A DNA stretch of 64,000 nucleotides from Octopus sinensis (GCF_006345805.1 NC_043010.1:54002001-54066000); one strand, 5' to 3'; counted from the stretch's first letter, positions 40,541 to 55,516 are shown. The notes: generated from the sequence alone by a model not told the origin. Translations and numbers: made by a program.

Positions 40541-41111
40541 CATTTCATTTATTATTCAATCCTTTGATTGTGGCATGTCATTTTGAACTGGCCATTAGCT
40601 TTATCCATCGATGATACTTTTACTGTACACACACACACTGGTACAAAGACACACGCACACACACGCGCACACATGCACACGCAATTATACCCTTTACTTT
40701 TCTATATATTTCTTTCATCGACCTATCTCTCTCAAACGTCATACACCATCCTTTTCTAAGCTTCCGTCTCTCCAATATCTTGTTTGATGATTCATCTATT
40801 TACATTACTATTTACTCATAAATATCTCTCCACTCTCCAAGTGATTGCCATCTTTTAGGAAATTTTCCAAATAACACACACATATAATATAGTTTAATAA
40901 CGTATCGAGTGCATTATTTTGTTGTTATAATGATCCTAATTAGGCCAAGCACCCGACTCACAACCGTCTCTTCTTTCATCGATAGTTTCATCTATATTAT
41001 ATAACACAAATTATAACACCAATTATAAACACATACATATATATACTTTATCGTCAGATCTGAATTATGCTTTCTGTTTATAAATTAAGTGCAAAACCAA
41101 CATACATGTAT

Positions 41112-41162
41112 TAATCTATCTCTCTATCTCTCTATCTCTCTATCTCGCTATCTATCTCTCTC

Positions 41163-41201
<39 letters not shown>

Positions 41202-41202
41202 C

Positions 41203-41245
<43 letters not shown>

Positions 41246-41250
41246 GTCTG

Positions 41251-41321
<71 letters not shown>

Positions 41322-41326
41322 GTCTG

Positions 41327-41402
<76 letters not shown>

Positions 41403-41659
41403 GTTATCCATCTTTCCGTACTGATCGGCCCCACTTTTTTTTTCACGATCCCTTTTGATCTGAATTCGACCTAATTTCTTTGTTTGTTTGATTCTTTCTT
41501 TCTTGTTTTCCTTCTCTTCTTCCCAAAAAGAAAAGCTCTACTTTGTATTTTGTCCCTTCTTTGTTAGCGCTGCGTGCCAAATAAAGAAATCTATGTATGT
41601 ATGTATGAATGTATGTATGTATGTATGTATGTATGTATGTATGTATGTATGTATGTATG

Positions 41660-41709
<50 letters not shown>

Positions 41710-41710
41710 A
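41112..41710. repeat. (TATC)n and (TATG)n arrays
   Basis: Direct read. Confidence 0.95.
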
Positions 41711-42316
41711 CCATACTGCAAATAAGAATGTGGAGAGGAAGGAAAATGGACAGACATCAGCCGGTAATCATTCCAGTATGTCTATTTGATCCAATGTATT
41801 AGAAAGTATTAGAGGAATACATACACAATTATTAGTAGTACAGAATGTCAAATATAAAGAGTTGGTAATTGCAGAAGAAAAGTGTCTGGAAACATTTAAT
41901 CATATAGTAACAGATGTTTCAATGAGTACATGAGCAAATGGCATACATATATACATGTATATATATATAGAAGAGCATGGACATTCCCGTCCACGAACAA
42001 GGTATTAAAGAAAGAATTGCATAGAATGAAACAAAAACTCAGAACGAATTTTATAATAGACAAGAAGGTCGAGCAGTAAAATATAGACTGAGATAAAATG
42101 CAATGAATACACTCGAGGATATACCAAATGAAAGAATTTTCAGACTACATAATATCTACATGGCAGAGTGGTATTTGAGGAAAAACTAGGCTCATCAGGA
42201 TAAATAACTATATGGGATTTCCCTAATTGATTCGAATAAGATGCATCCTCGAACTCCAAAACTACCATCTGATCATGGACATATTGAATTCAATCGTAGA
42301 TAATTGAGCCAGAGAG

Positions 42317-42354
<38 letters not shown>

Positions 42355-42430
42355 TATATACAAGAAGGTTTTGCGTAATGAGATAAAAAAAACAAGGGTG
42401 TGTAGATATAGGAACATTTATAGATAGAAG

Positions 42431-42482
42431 GTCTTACAGTTGTTTCCAGGATATTTATTAATTATATCCCTTCATCGCAGGC
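42431..42482 (-). ncRNA. Degenerate hammerhead motif in a TA-flanked repeat
   Basis: Reverse complement: gcCUG(CG)AUGA-AG-GGAUAU-aauuaauaa-AUAUCC-UG-GAAA-C-AACU-GUA-AGAC. Confidence 0.5.
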
Positions 42483-42805
42483 GGTGTGAGCGGATGATTA
42501 AATAATAGTTAATTTAGATAGTATACAAAATAGAGAGTAAGGTGGAGGAAAGAAAATAGATGTGAGTTAATTAGGGATATTGGATATGTAGATACATTTT
42601 TTAGACCGAATGGTATATATGTAAGATTTCAATACCTTATGAGAAAAATCCAACAGTATTTAAAATTGTTCATTCCAAGTATAGACTTTATACAAAATAT
42701 AAGATTCCAATACCTCATAAGTAAGATCCAACAGTATTTAAGATTGTTCATTCAAAGTACAGTGTTGTAGAGTGAAAAGTTTATATATATATATATACCA
42801 CACAT

Positions 42806-42859
<54 letters not shown>

Positions 42860-42869
42860 ATATATATAT

Positions 42870-42959
42870 ATGAAGAGGGCATATAAACTATCTGTTATGT
42901 CGATTATACATTGATGTAAGAAAAAATTGTTTTATAAAGCTCGAAACATATGTACCACG
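42870..42959 (+). ncRNA. 5'-truncated hammerhead motif with long loop II
   Basis: (A)UGAAGA-GGGC-[58 nt]-GCUC-GAAA-C-AUAU-GUA; palindrome ACATATGT; C3 and the 5' strand of stem I are replaced by (TA)n. Confidence 0.45.
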
Positions 42960-42996
42960 ACATCCTTGTGTCCTGTTTTTCATTTTATTTCATTTG

Positions 42997-43050
<54 letters not shown>

Positions 43051-43522
43051 TGTATGTATGCATATATATGCCGTTACATTACATTAGGCAATACGATTTG
43101 GAAAAGTTTTAACCAGATATATATTATCTTCATATTAACATAGACGTTATAGCTGGCAGTTAACTGAAACATTTCCAATTTGATCGTTTTTTACGGCACA
43201 CATTCTAGGCACTCCCATTTCATGCTTTCCTTTTATCATGCAATATTGCGTTCTGATGCTATTTTATCATCATCCAAGAAGCTGTCTACATTAAATCATA
43301 TTTTTCTTTAATCACATTCTCAGGCAATGCATTCTTGATGGCTCTCAACGAATTATCTATCTGTTTCGCTTATGAAATTATTGTCGTTTCCCAAGAAATG
43401 TCCTATCTTCGCTCGTTTTTCTGTGAGATATTGCATCTGGAACACATATATAATTCATGAGACATCAATAATGTTTACAATATTTGTGCTGTTTCTAACA
43501 CAAGATTTAATTATAGATTACA

Positions 43523-43905
43523 CCGTGGCACTCCGTCGGTTACGACGACGAGGGATCCTGTTGATCCGATTAATGGAACAGCCAGCTCGTGAAATTAAGG
43601 TGCAAGTGGCTGAGCACTCCACAGACACGGATACCCTTAACGTAGTTCTCGGGGAAATCAGCAGGACACCATGTGTGACAAGGCTGGTCATTTGAAATAC
43701 AGGTACTATAGAAACAGGAAGAAAGAATGAATGAAAATAGTGGTGACAGAGTTCAGCAGGGTTCGCCACCACCCCCTTCCGGATTCTCGTGAAGCTGTAG
43801 GTGTTTTCGCTCAATAAACACACAAAACACCCGGTCTGGGAATCGAAACCGAGATCCTATGATTGCGAGTCCGCTGCCCCAATCACTGCGCCATTGCGCC
43901 TCCAC
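43523..43905 (-). mobile_element. SINE family A, tail type 2
   Basis: Colinear with 22965-23358; 3' end ccgacggagtgccacgg. Confidence 0.9.
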
Positions 43906-44057
43906 ATATTTTACATATGCGTCACAGTAATACATCAGCAAGTAGATGTTTATGCTATATGCATATACCTCAGATCAGCGTTTCGATGAGGTCAAATAAC
44001 AACAAAACCATGTCCGACCTCATGTGTATCATCCCTCGCATATGCATATATATATAT

Positions 44058-44175
44058 GGCCTGCTCGCTTAGCCAGCGGGGTGGCGTCGTTCGGAGACTA
44101 AAACAATGCGAACGCATTGTGACCAGCGTTGTGTAGCAACATCTGATGGTCTGGTCGGTCACGTGATCACGTGAT
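44058..44175 (+). mobile_element. SINE family A tail type 1 fragment
   Basis: ggcctgctcgcttagccagcggggtggcgtc...ggtcggtcacgtgatcacgtga. Confidence 0.85.
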
Positions 44176-44580
44176 ATGTATATATATATATATATGTATA
44201 TATATATTTATTTAATTATTTATTTATATATATGTATGTAGATATATATTAAAGCACCGATCGAGAATTCCCAATACTGATTCGACATCGGCAGATTCCG
44301 GACATAATCCTCCGTTATATGTTTTCACCATAAAGATCTATGATTGATTTAGCGAAGCGCTAATGTGAATACAGAAAATTAATAGACAGCATTCTGCAAT
44401 GTTTGACCAAAGAGGAAAATTATAGTTGTCACTAGATGCGAATAGGCTGTTAGAAACACTTATATATTAATTATATATTAATTACTATGTGCTTGTGCAA
44501 ATGCATATACATGTGTTTGAGAGAGAGAGAGAGGGAGTGACAGAGAGTGTGTGTGCAAGTGTACGTGTGTATGTATCTGA

Positions 44581-44628
<48 letters not shown>

Positions 44629-44929
44629 AGAACAGACGTAGTTTAAACAAAGAAAACTTATAGCAAAGAATGAAGAAACAAAAGTATAGAGGCAAGAACC
44701 AATGTCACAACCGAGAACTGGCGAAAAACACAAACAAACATATCGTCGGTTCACGACGTATCTCGTGGCTCGTTTATAAATTCGGCCAATATATATTTGA
44801 TAAAAAACGGGGACATGATGAAGAAAACCATCCTGGAATTTACAAGGTGTTGGAGGTCCTTAAATTCTTGAAGAGATATAGATCCTTGAGAGAAATACAC
44901 CCGCTATACATACGTGTGTATAACATGGT

Positions 44930-45262
44930 GCAGGCGTGGCTGTGTTGTAAGAAGATTGCTTTCCAACCACATGGTTCTGGGTTCAGTCCCACTGCGTGGC
45001 ACCTTGAGTAGGTGACTTCTACTAAAATCTCGGGTTGACCAAAGAAAGACGTCGTATATGTGTGTGTGTGTTTCTGTCTGTGTTTGTCCTCCGTTGCCGG
45101 TGTTTTTACGACCCCGTATATTAGCGATTCGGCAAAAGAGGCCGATAGAATACAAAAAATAGGCTTACAAAAGATAAGTCTTAGGGTCTATTTATTCGAC
45201 TAAATGCCTTCAAGACAATGCCTCTGCATGGCCTCAGGCAAATGAATGAAAGAAATTAAAGA
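44930..45262 (+). mobile_element. SINE family C, decayed
   Basis: gtggctgtgttgtaag...ggttcagtcccactgcgtggcaccttgag head; gcaaaagag.ccgatagaata; internal deletion. Confidence 0.85.
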
Positions 45263-45264
45263 AC

Positions 45265-45316
<52 letters not shown>

Positions 45317-45924
45317 GTATCTGTGTATGCATGTGTACAGATTTGTGTGTATTGATATATATAATATTATACGTATGCGAGAGACAGAAAGAGACAAATT
45401 CGTAGTTCGTTTTGGTATCTGTGTATGTGTGTTACTGTGTGAATAAATTAAACGCGCAAACATAGTGATATATTAACACACACACACACACACAGTGGTA
45501 TGCACTCACATACGCACTCGCTCACACGCAGAGTTGGTTTGTGAATATTTGTGAGTAAATATATATATAAGATGCCTCCTTTAATGTTAATGTAGATACA
45601 ATCTTTGATAACATCCCCAGAAAACAAATAATGACTTTCGCATTTCCCATTGTATTGATTTGACTTAATGTAATCTTACTAGACCTTATTTACTAAAAGG
45701 AATGTAAATGCGTGCAGAAACGTAGAAACAGAGGGGCCCCCCGACTTCATACTTGCATAAAGCGTAATTATGCAATCACAAATATAAAATACATTATCTG
45801 CAATACATGTATATACGCACGTATTCATATATCATGCCACACACATATATGCATTATATATGAAACAGTAAACTTTCACACACGCACACACACACACACA
45901 CACACTCACAAACGTACACACACA

Positions 45925-45935
45925 TATATCTTTTA

Positions 45936-45980
<45 letters not shown>

Positions 45981-45981
45981 C

Positions 45982-46012
<31 letters not shown>

Positions 46013-46013
46013 G

Positions 46014-46092
<79 letters not shown>

Positions 46093-46110
46093 TATTATAT
46101 ATATATATAT

Positions 46111-46142
<32 letters not shown>

Positions 46143-46262
46143 ATATATATTTATACATAAATTTCTATATGTCGATGTATAATTATATATATAGTTATAT
46201 AGATGTGTGCGTGTATATATATATGCAAATATATGCATACATATATGTATATATATATATAT

Positions 46263-46329
<67 letters not shown>

Positions 46330-46380
46330 TGTAAGTGTGTGTATGTGTGTGTGTATGTTTGTGTGTATATACATATATAT
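45925..46380. repeat. (TA)n/(TG)n block
   Basis: Direct read. Confidence 0.95.
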
Positions 46381-46862
46381 GTCTACATATTCATATATAT
46401 ATGCCTGTATGTGTGTGCATGCGCGGGTATATACACACACATACACAACTACGCGCACATACGCTCACTCACATATATGTTAATGTGTGTACACATGTAT
46501 TGCATTTATATATGATCTTCACGTGTTAATGCCATCGGTAACAATACATCATGCCGCGTACGCTAAGGTTTGCCGGTTATATTTATTTATATATTTTTGT
46601 CTATTCTTCCATTTGTATTCTCCTTTATAGAGGAAAATTATTTTATGTATACATGAATGACAATTACGAATTTTAGAAAGCATCAATGATGTTTTTTCAT
46701 GTTTTTTTTGTAATATTCTGTTTTACATTTTGTTTTTGTTGTAATGTTAGATGTTTGTAAATGACGGTTATAATAGCTGAATGTTTGTGTAAAACAGCGG
46801 AGTGAATATACGTATGCAAAAGAAACGCGAACGCTTTTTACATTATATACATAAAACAACAT

Positions 46863-47110
46863 ATCATCATCATTGTTCGACCGTGGTCGAGACAATGGAA
46901 TTTACCATGCTACGCTAGACTTCACGGTCCATCATGGCTTTACGGAGGTCCTGTTGCTGGATGCCTGTATCCCTGGAGATTACATTAGGGTAGGAGAGTG
47001 TGCGCCCTCTGGTATTCCGAGTAGATGGCTTCCAGAGGAGAAGAGTAGAAATTACTTCTTCTTTTAGCTCTACAACAATGTCCAGCAAACTGGACTCTCC
47101 TATCTTTCAC
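46863..47110 (-). mobile_element. RTE-clade LINE 3' end with (TGA)n tail
   Basis: Minus reading VKDRRVQFAGHCCRA / EEVISTLLLWKPSTRNTRGRTLSYPNVISRDTGIQQQDLRKAMMDREV*RSMV..., followed by tgatgatgat; a typical RTE ORF2 C-terminus. Confidence 0.8.
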
Positions 47111-47281
47111 AATATATGCTTACACACAGAGGCACATATATTTATGCATATGCAAACATATAAGTTGTTATATTGTCAGTGACGAGATATGATGTTTGTG
47201 CGTAATAGTACATCACGTTATCAAATACAATTGTATAACAATAAGTAAAGTAAAAAAAAGTTGGTTATCTTATAACCGATC

Positions 47282-47730
47282 GCACAATGACACCGGATGA
47301 TAGTCAATAAATCAATGCCTCTTACATCGATAAAAATTTGAGGCCCTTCCCTTCTCTGCCGTTGAAACGACCTTGGCCTTCTTTGGAGCAAATGATAAGG
47401 AGTGTTCAACTTCATGAACTATCTTTTTGTCTCTGGCTCAACGCGATCACCCAACACACATCCTAGATTAGGAGGCATGCAAGGAAGCAATAAAGATCTG
47501 CATAAAACAATGTCAGATTTTCCTGTGATGCGAAGAGAGTGGTGCTATTTTGTCCAGGGTCAAGACGCGGCACCCACCGGGCAGAAACCTTCGACGTGCC
47601 GAGTTCATTGTGCGGAATATTCTTAAATCTGTTACGGAATACGCTAATAAATTTAGCTTTGTAGTTAATCGCCTGTCATCCACCATCATGTTGTGAACAC
47701 AATCGGTGTTTTCCTTAAGATTAATGAAAT
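47282..47730 (-). mobile_element. Mariner transposase relic
   Basis: ENTDCVHNMMVDDRRLT; SKVSARWVPRL (WVP motif); EPETKR; PKKAKVVS; D.RGI..IDY; frameshifted. Confidence 0.85.
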
Positions 47731-49899
47731 TCCAGTCTTCATCATCACAACTTAATTTATCAGCAGCCATATATGTAGAATGGGAGTAGAAGGCCACGTA
47801 TATATTATGTATGTGATGCCAATATCAGGTCCAACATTCCATCCCATCCTCCAAATAAGGCAAGCCAGGCGCTTCACAGTACAAATTCAACATAGCACTC
47901 GGTATAAAAGGAGTTATACACTACATGCTTGACTGTAGCGACAGATGTCATGCTGCGAAAAGAGTATGGTTACACAACCAGCAAAATATTGTGTAACATA
48001 CAAGTTGTAGCATAATCCACCTATATATATATATGATTCAATTTACAGTAGAAGGTGCATATTACAATAATGCATATAAATACGGGCATACTAATACGGT
48101 ATTTTCATATTCATTTGAATATGCCACATGAAAGTAGAAAAATTCATAGAGAAATTTCAGAGGAAACAATTAAATATGCTTGCGTAGACGTAAGCATAGA
48201 CATAGAAATACATTAAAGGAAATAATAACCTGTATATATATTTATATATATATACATATGTGTGCGTGCGTATGTTTTTGTGTTTGTGTGTGTGTGTGCT
48301 TATATATACACATAACATTTATACATGGCTATATACCTAAAACTGCGCAAACCCATACACATACGACACACACATGCTTGCAGATCATTTTCGTTGCATA
48401 CGTAGGAGTTATGTTTCATCAATAAATACTCTTTCTATAGGTAGGTGACGTTCCATATGCAAATTCTGTTCTTTCATCTTTCACATTTCCAAAATATTGG
48501 ATATTTTAATTTTTTCCTTTTTTTTTTTTGAATAACGAGTGAGTGTAACACAGATTTTCTTATTGCTTTCATAACTAACTAGATTCAAAGTTTTGCCAAG
48601 TCAGAAATAGTTAATCGTGACCCGAAATTCCTAGATAGTTGTATATTCCAGTCAATAGAATTTTTTACTGCAATTTTCACATCTGAAATTATAGTGATTT
48701 TGGCTTTTATATCTAGTAAACTATTTCACCTTTTGACATAGCACAGACACTGACAGCGACATTCCAGCTCTGATCATCGCTCCTATACTTTTTTCCCTTG
48801 TACCTAGCACCGAATTATCCACTTAAGCGATAGTTACACAGAATCAATCGAACTTCGGAAAAATACCATGCAATATTTCCGCAGTATATATTTTTTATAC
48901 TCAATTTCCTATCATATCGATGTCGGTTTTGCCCTTTCAGACTTAATAGGCAGACTAAACTTTTTTATTAATAAAGTACACAGTTTTTTTTTTATTGATA
49001 TACTATAATAATCGATTAACTTAAAATTGCAAAAAATTGCAGTTTTGTGCTGATGTTAGAAATGATTAACACTATGAGATTTTATCTGAAGGACATGCTG
49101 ATGCTATTTCTAGGAATACGGGTGCAACGCATAGGATGGTTCTGTTTTGCTCTTAAATAATTTTATTGCATCGAAATGCAATAAAACTTGGTTGTTATCT
49201 TAAACGTTCTCTGTAGAATTACAAAGCGATAGCATGAGCATTGGGCACAACGGGTTTGTATCATGATGTATAATGATGTAATTTTTTTGTTATTGTTGCT
49301 GCTGTTGTCGTTATTGTTATTGCAGCATAAGCCATCCTTTATAATGTAGATCTAACAAGAATGATTTTACAATATTGTTGAAGCTGCTTTGATTTCTCCT
49401 TTTTTCTACGTAATATCAGAGATTGCGTGGTCCAATAGGTTCTTCCTAATATTTCAGGCGATGTTGTGCGTCTGAGGAAATTTTGCCCTTGTTTATTTCG
49501 TTTAACTGACTCTTAAAGTCTTCTTGGTTTCAAACATTATTTTCATTAAATATTGTAAGGTGACTGTCTAGAAGAAACCGAGTACAATTACAATTTTCAG
49601 TTGATTATGGGCGGTAGAGGCCTCTCTTTGGTTCCAGCAGTAGCATACAACAGCCTATGACCATAGTCTAGAAATATAATCCGCAAAGGTTTTCGCACAC
49701 ACACACACAAACACTAACACACACGCACACACAAACACACGCACAAACACAAGCACACAAATACACACAAACACATACACAAACACACACACACTAACAA
49801 ACACAAACACACACACAACAGCACATGCACGTATATTAGTTTATGTCGGACGAAACGAAAGAGGGATTTTCAATATTATTTTGGGTATCATTTTTTTCG

Positions 49900-50408
49900 A
49901 AGTGGAAATCACAAATACTTGTGTTTCATGCCATGGGAATCTTTAGACGAGAAATGCTACAACTCACTTGATGTAGTGTGTTTATATTATTCAGAGTGAG
50001 GTGTAGTGCTTTTTATGGTATAGAGCCGCGTCCTGGAAGATCTCTAGAACTTGACGCGGATGTCCTGGAAATCCTTGTTGAACAAAATCCCATCGTAACT
50101 GTTGAGGAACTAGCAGAGACGCTTGGATTTGGTCAGTCAACTATTCAGATGCCTCTTCATGCCATCGCATAAGTCATAAAATTTGGTTAATGTGTCCCTC
50201 ACAAACTTTCCGAGTCTAATCGCGTGCGGAGGGTGAATGTGAGCTCTTCTTTGCAGTGACGTCTCACGAATAAAGAATGGTGTCTGGTGACGAGAAACAG
50301 ATTCCCTATATAAATGTCGCGCTCCGCAGACAGTGGGTAAGGAAAGGAGAAACACAGGTACCCCAGGCTAAAGATGATATTCGCCCACGTAAGGTGTTGC
50401 TATCTGTA
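49900..50408 (+). mobile_element. Mariner transposase relic (second lineage)
   Basis: EPRPGRSLELDADVLEILVEQNPIVTVEELAETLGFGQSTI (HTH); *CVPHKL (WVPHxL); VSGDEKQ (TGDEKW); RRQW; RKVLLSV. Confidence 0.88.
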
Positions 50409-50413
50409 TATGT

Positions 50414-50602
50414 CCCCAACATCGTTTGACAACCGATGCTGGTATGTTTACGTCCCCATAACTTAGCGGTTCGGCAAAAGAGTCCGATAGAATAAGTACT
50501 AGGCTTACAAAGAATAAGTCCCGGAGTTAATTTCCTCGACTAAATGCGGTGCTCCAGCATAGCTACAGTCAAATGGCTGAAAAAAGTAAAAGAGTAAAAG
50601 AG
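50414..50602 (+). mobile_element. SINE family C 3' half
   Basis: aacatcgtttgacaaccgatgctgg...cggttcggcaaaagag...aagtaaaagagtaaaagag. Confidence 0.85.
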
Positions 50603-50640
50603 TATATTTTAGAAAGGTCATTTTTGTTTTCAAATATTGG

Positions 50641-51043
50641 TGACGTCAATGGATAATGAAATAATAAAAAAACAAACAAACATAAGAATTCTACATTACG
50701 ACAATTAGAAAGAGAGAAACATAATCGAAAACAAAGTAAATTTTGTATTCAAATATTGTTGACGTCACTGGATAACTACAGAATAAAGATAAGCATATGC
50801 GCGTGTGTAGGCGTATGTTCGAACAGAGTACTTATCCTTCAATATCAAATAACATTCGTTTGTTTTTTTATAACCAGAACGTCTGGTGAATGCTTAGTGT
50901 TTAGCTCGTTGAAGATACGTTGTTGATTTTGATGGAGAATTATACATTCATCCAGTAAATATAAGATTAAAAGTGGTCTTGTCTCCACGTGAGCATCCTG
51001 CCTGTTTTTGTAATTAGACATAGTAACTAGAATGACGTCATTC
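50641..51043. promoter_or_regulatory. Three full CRE palindromes (TGACGTCA); function unproven
   Basis: TGACGTCA at 50641, 50760 and 51033; the first two lie in a ~37-bp direct repeat. Confidence 0.25.
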
Positions 51044-51279
51044 AGTCTGGACTTTCTTTCTTTGAGATATATGAATGTTTAACAGCTGTTTCTAAAAAAA
51101 GCCGTATAGCATTCAAAGTATCTGCTGCGTGGTTACAAAATGATACTGTTGATGGTACAACTACTTCTTCTAAATATTGTGATGCTGATACTAGAAATGA
51201 TAGAATTGGTCAAACGCAAAGTAAAGAATCATGAACACAAATGTCACTCTGAAAGTTTAGTTACATTCTGGACTTGTAA

Positions 51280-51321
51280 TATACATATATACATACATAT
51301 ATACATATCAATAAATAAATA

Positions 51322-51358
<37 letters not shown>

Positions 51359-51615
51359 GTATATATATATAGAAAGAGAGAGACACACACACTCGTATAC
51401 ACATGCAAATATATGTATATGTATATATATATATATATTATATAACACACACATACGTACGCGTGTATATAAATGAACATACTGTATACGTATATAAATA
51501 AATACATCTACATATATACTATATATATATATGTACATATATATGTGTGTGTGTACATAATATATAATATATATATTATGTATATATATATATATATGTA
51601 TATATGTATATGTAT

Positions 51616-51646
<31 letters not shown>

Positions 51647-51720
51647 GGATGTATATATAAATACGTACACATACATGTATATGTACATACATATATATAT
51701 GTATATACATACATAAATAC
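51280..51720. repeat. (TA)n-rich block
   Basis: Direct read. Confidence 0.95.
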
Positions 51721-51965
51721 ACAACTACTTATATGTATTTACGTGTGCGTGTGTGTGTATGTTTTCGTCTGTTCCTTATATTCGTTCATTGGCAAATCTG
51801 TAAGCGCCTGTTTATAGTGGATTATATATGTTCAGCCGGTGATAAATGGACGCAATTAGTAAAGCTACTCCTGCAGTTAATTGCGTGTTGTAACATCGTA
51901 ATTATAATCTCCAGCATCCAACTTTGTGATCTTCGCAATCAACAACACCCCTCCTCCTCCTCGTT

Positions 51966-52003
<38 letters not shown>

Positions 52004-52417
52004 TATCATCATCATCATCACCATCATCATCATCACCATCATCATCATCACCACTACCATCATCATCATCATCATCATCACCACCACCACCATCATCATC
52101 ACCATCATCATCATCACCACCACCATCATCATCATCATCATCACCACCACCACCATCATCATCATCATTATCATCATCATCACCACCATCATCATCATCA
52201 TCATCATCATCATCACCACCACCGCCATCATCATCATCACTACCACCATCATCATCATCATTATCATCATCATCACCACCATCATCATCATCATCATCAT
52301 CATCATCACCATCATCAACATCATCATCATCACCACCACCACCACCACCATCATAATCATCATCCTCATCATCATTATCATCATTATCATTATCATTATC
52401 ATCATCATCATCATCAA

Positions 52418-52455
<38 letters not shown>

Positions 52456-53352
52456 TATTATTATTATTATATTATTATTATTATATTATTATTATTATAT
52501 TATCGTTTTTAATATTACTGTTGTTATTGCTGTTATTGTTATTGCTCTTGTCGTTGGTGTTATTGCTGAAGTTGTTTCTTATTGCAATTATGGAAGTTGG
52601 CTATGGAAGTTTTGCAAGGAGCGTAACTGTAATGATAATGACGTCATCATATTAGAATGAACACCAACGGTGTTGATGATGTAGGCTATGATGATGAAGT
52701 CATCGGCAATAATTACGATAATGATGATGCTGATGAAACCGAATGCCATCATCATCTTCATTTTTACGGCGTGTTGATCATTTCCATAATGAGAGATATA
52801 ATGATCGTATTTATCAAGCTTACGATGAGAGTAATAACAACGAAGAACATTACGGTAAATACATCGGTAAGGAAAAGTCGGTGGAGCGGACTCAGGGACA
52901 GCGAAACTGTTGCAATAATCGTCGTGGAAAAGCATGATGGATATTATTATCATCGCACCCCTCCTCCTTCTCCACCACATCTTCCTCTTCCTTCCCTTTC
53001 TCCTCCTCCTCCCCTACTCTTCCTCATACTCTTTTTCGCTCATGCTGCCGTTAGTCTCTTTCTTTCTCTTCGTCATTCTGGTCTTTGTCCTCCAACTCAT
53101 CCACCTCCTCCCCAAGGTCCTCCACATCCTGCTCAAGCTTTTTCACCTCCACGTCGACTTTGTCGTTGTCGTCGTCGTCGTCGTCATCCCCCTCCTCCTA
53201 ATACTATTACTACTAATAATACTACTACTACCACGACCACCACCATCGCAATCACCAACACCACCAGCACTACTACTACCACCACGACCACCACCTCCAC
53301 TACCAACCCCACTACTAATACTAATATGACGACCACGATTACTACTATTAGA

Positions 53353-53408
<56 letters not shown>

Positions 53409-54659
53409 CACTACCTTTTATATACTACGATTATATTTATGACAACAAATTTACCAGCGAAATGTGTGGGTGTTTAATTGGAAAATTCTGTAGTTTATCG
53501 GCTGCACATGAATTGCAGTTATCTAATGGGGGCCCTTTTTATGTTCTCCGTTTGATCCCTTTTGGGGTATATCTCCCTCATTTTTCTGTATTTTAACAAA
53601 TTTTCTGTAACTATTGTCGTCTTTTTCATCGGCTGTAATCTCATGCCAAATGTGTAATACTTCGCACCGTTGAAACTCATCTTTCTCAAAGGAATCATCT
53701 TCGCCATTTTCGGTTTGTTCCTTTTCTCTTTTGATCATTACAATTATCGTCGTTATCATTACCATAGTTGTTCCTCAGTGTTATTGTCCCTTGCCGCCGC
53801 CGCCACTCATATCATCTTCATCATCATTGTCGTCAACATCGTCGTCATCATCCTCATCTTCATCATCATCCTCATCATCGTCATCACCATCGTCATCATC
53901 GTCATCAGCATCGTCATCACTATCATCATCGTCGTATTCCTCCTCATCATCATCATCGTCATCCCCATCGTCATCATCGTCATCGACATGGTCATCGTCA
54001 TCATCCTCGTCCCAATCATCATCGTCATCGTCCTCGTCGTTATCATCTACATTATCATCATCATCGTCATCACCATCGTCATCCTCGTCATCCTCCTCCT
54101 CCTCATTATCATCGTCATCGTCATCATCATCGTCACCATCATTATCATCCTCGTCGTCGTCGCCGTCATCATTATCATCACATGATGATCATCATCATCA
54201 TCTTCACATGATCATGATCATCATCATGTTCATCATCATCACCATATTCGATAATTTCATTTTCGGAGTCCTGTTCGCCATTGATTTCTCATTATTCTCT
54301 TCCATATCAACTTCATGCACGGAAAAGCTAGAACAATATCAGGAACACAACCACGACTACAATCTCCACCACCACCAACACCACTAACAACAACAACAAC
54401 AGTAGCAACAACAACAACAACGACAACAACAACAGCAACAACAACGGCAGAAGTAATAATCGTAATAGAATCCTCAAAACGCCAATAAAATTAACCGTAC
54501 CAACTCCAGGGTACAATGATATAGCGCTCGTTGAAACAATTAAAGGTAAAACTTCACATAAATCTCGCGATACTATCTCTAAAAGATGGCGCGTTATTTT
54601 ATATGGATTGAGTTTGCTTGCACTTAAGATGAACACGTGATGGCAACGAACACGAAACT

Positions 54660-54800
54660 GTAAAATGTAAAACTAATTTAGAACATTATTCGCATTATTT
54701 ACAATTGACGGATATTTGTCCTCATCTTGTTTGTTAAGACAACGTTTCGGCTGACTTACCCTCCAGCCTTCATCAGGTGTCCTGGGGAAATTTCAAACTA
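54660..54800 (-). mobile_element. Headless copy of the hammerhead-bearing element
   Basis: Reverse complement gaaatttccccaggacacctgatgaaggctggagggtaagtcagccgaaacgttgtcttaacaaacaagat matches 55779-55850. Confidence 0.85.
54736..54781 (-). ncRNA. Minimal type I hammerhead ribozyme motif, canonical core
   Basis: Reverse complement: GACAC-CUGAUGA-A-GGCUG-gaggguaagu-CAGCC-GAAA-CGUU-GUCUU; one mismatch in stem I. Confidence 0.75.
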
Positions 54801-54835
54801 TTACTTTATTACTAATTTCAAATTATTACTTTATT

Positions 54836-55497
<662 letters not shown>

Positions 55498-55516
55498 ATT
55501 ATTATTATTATTATTA

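Noticed and set aside
50800-51240. Possible decayed GPCR or other host exon
   Set aside because: It needs several frameshifts and shows no diagnostic motif.
51926-52660. 244-aa poly-His ORF and the overlapping poly-Ser and poly-Met ORFs
   Set aside because: They are open in several frames on both strands because of (CAT/CAC)n; no signal peptide, splice context or unique domain.
53523-53720. Charged, protein-like minus ORF (ENGEDDSFEKDEFQRCEVLHIW...)
   Set aside because: No acceptor site or recognisable family; short and embedded in triplet repeats.
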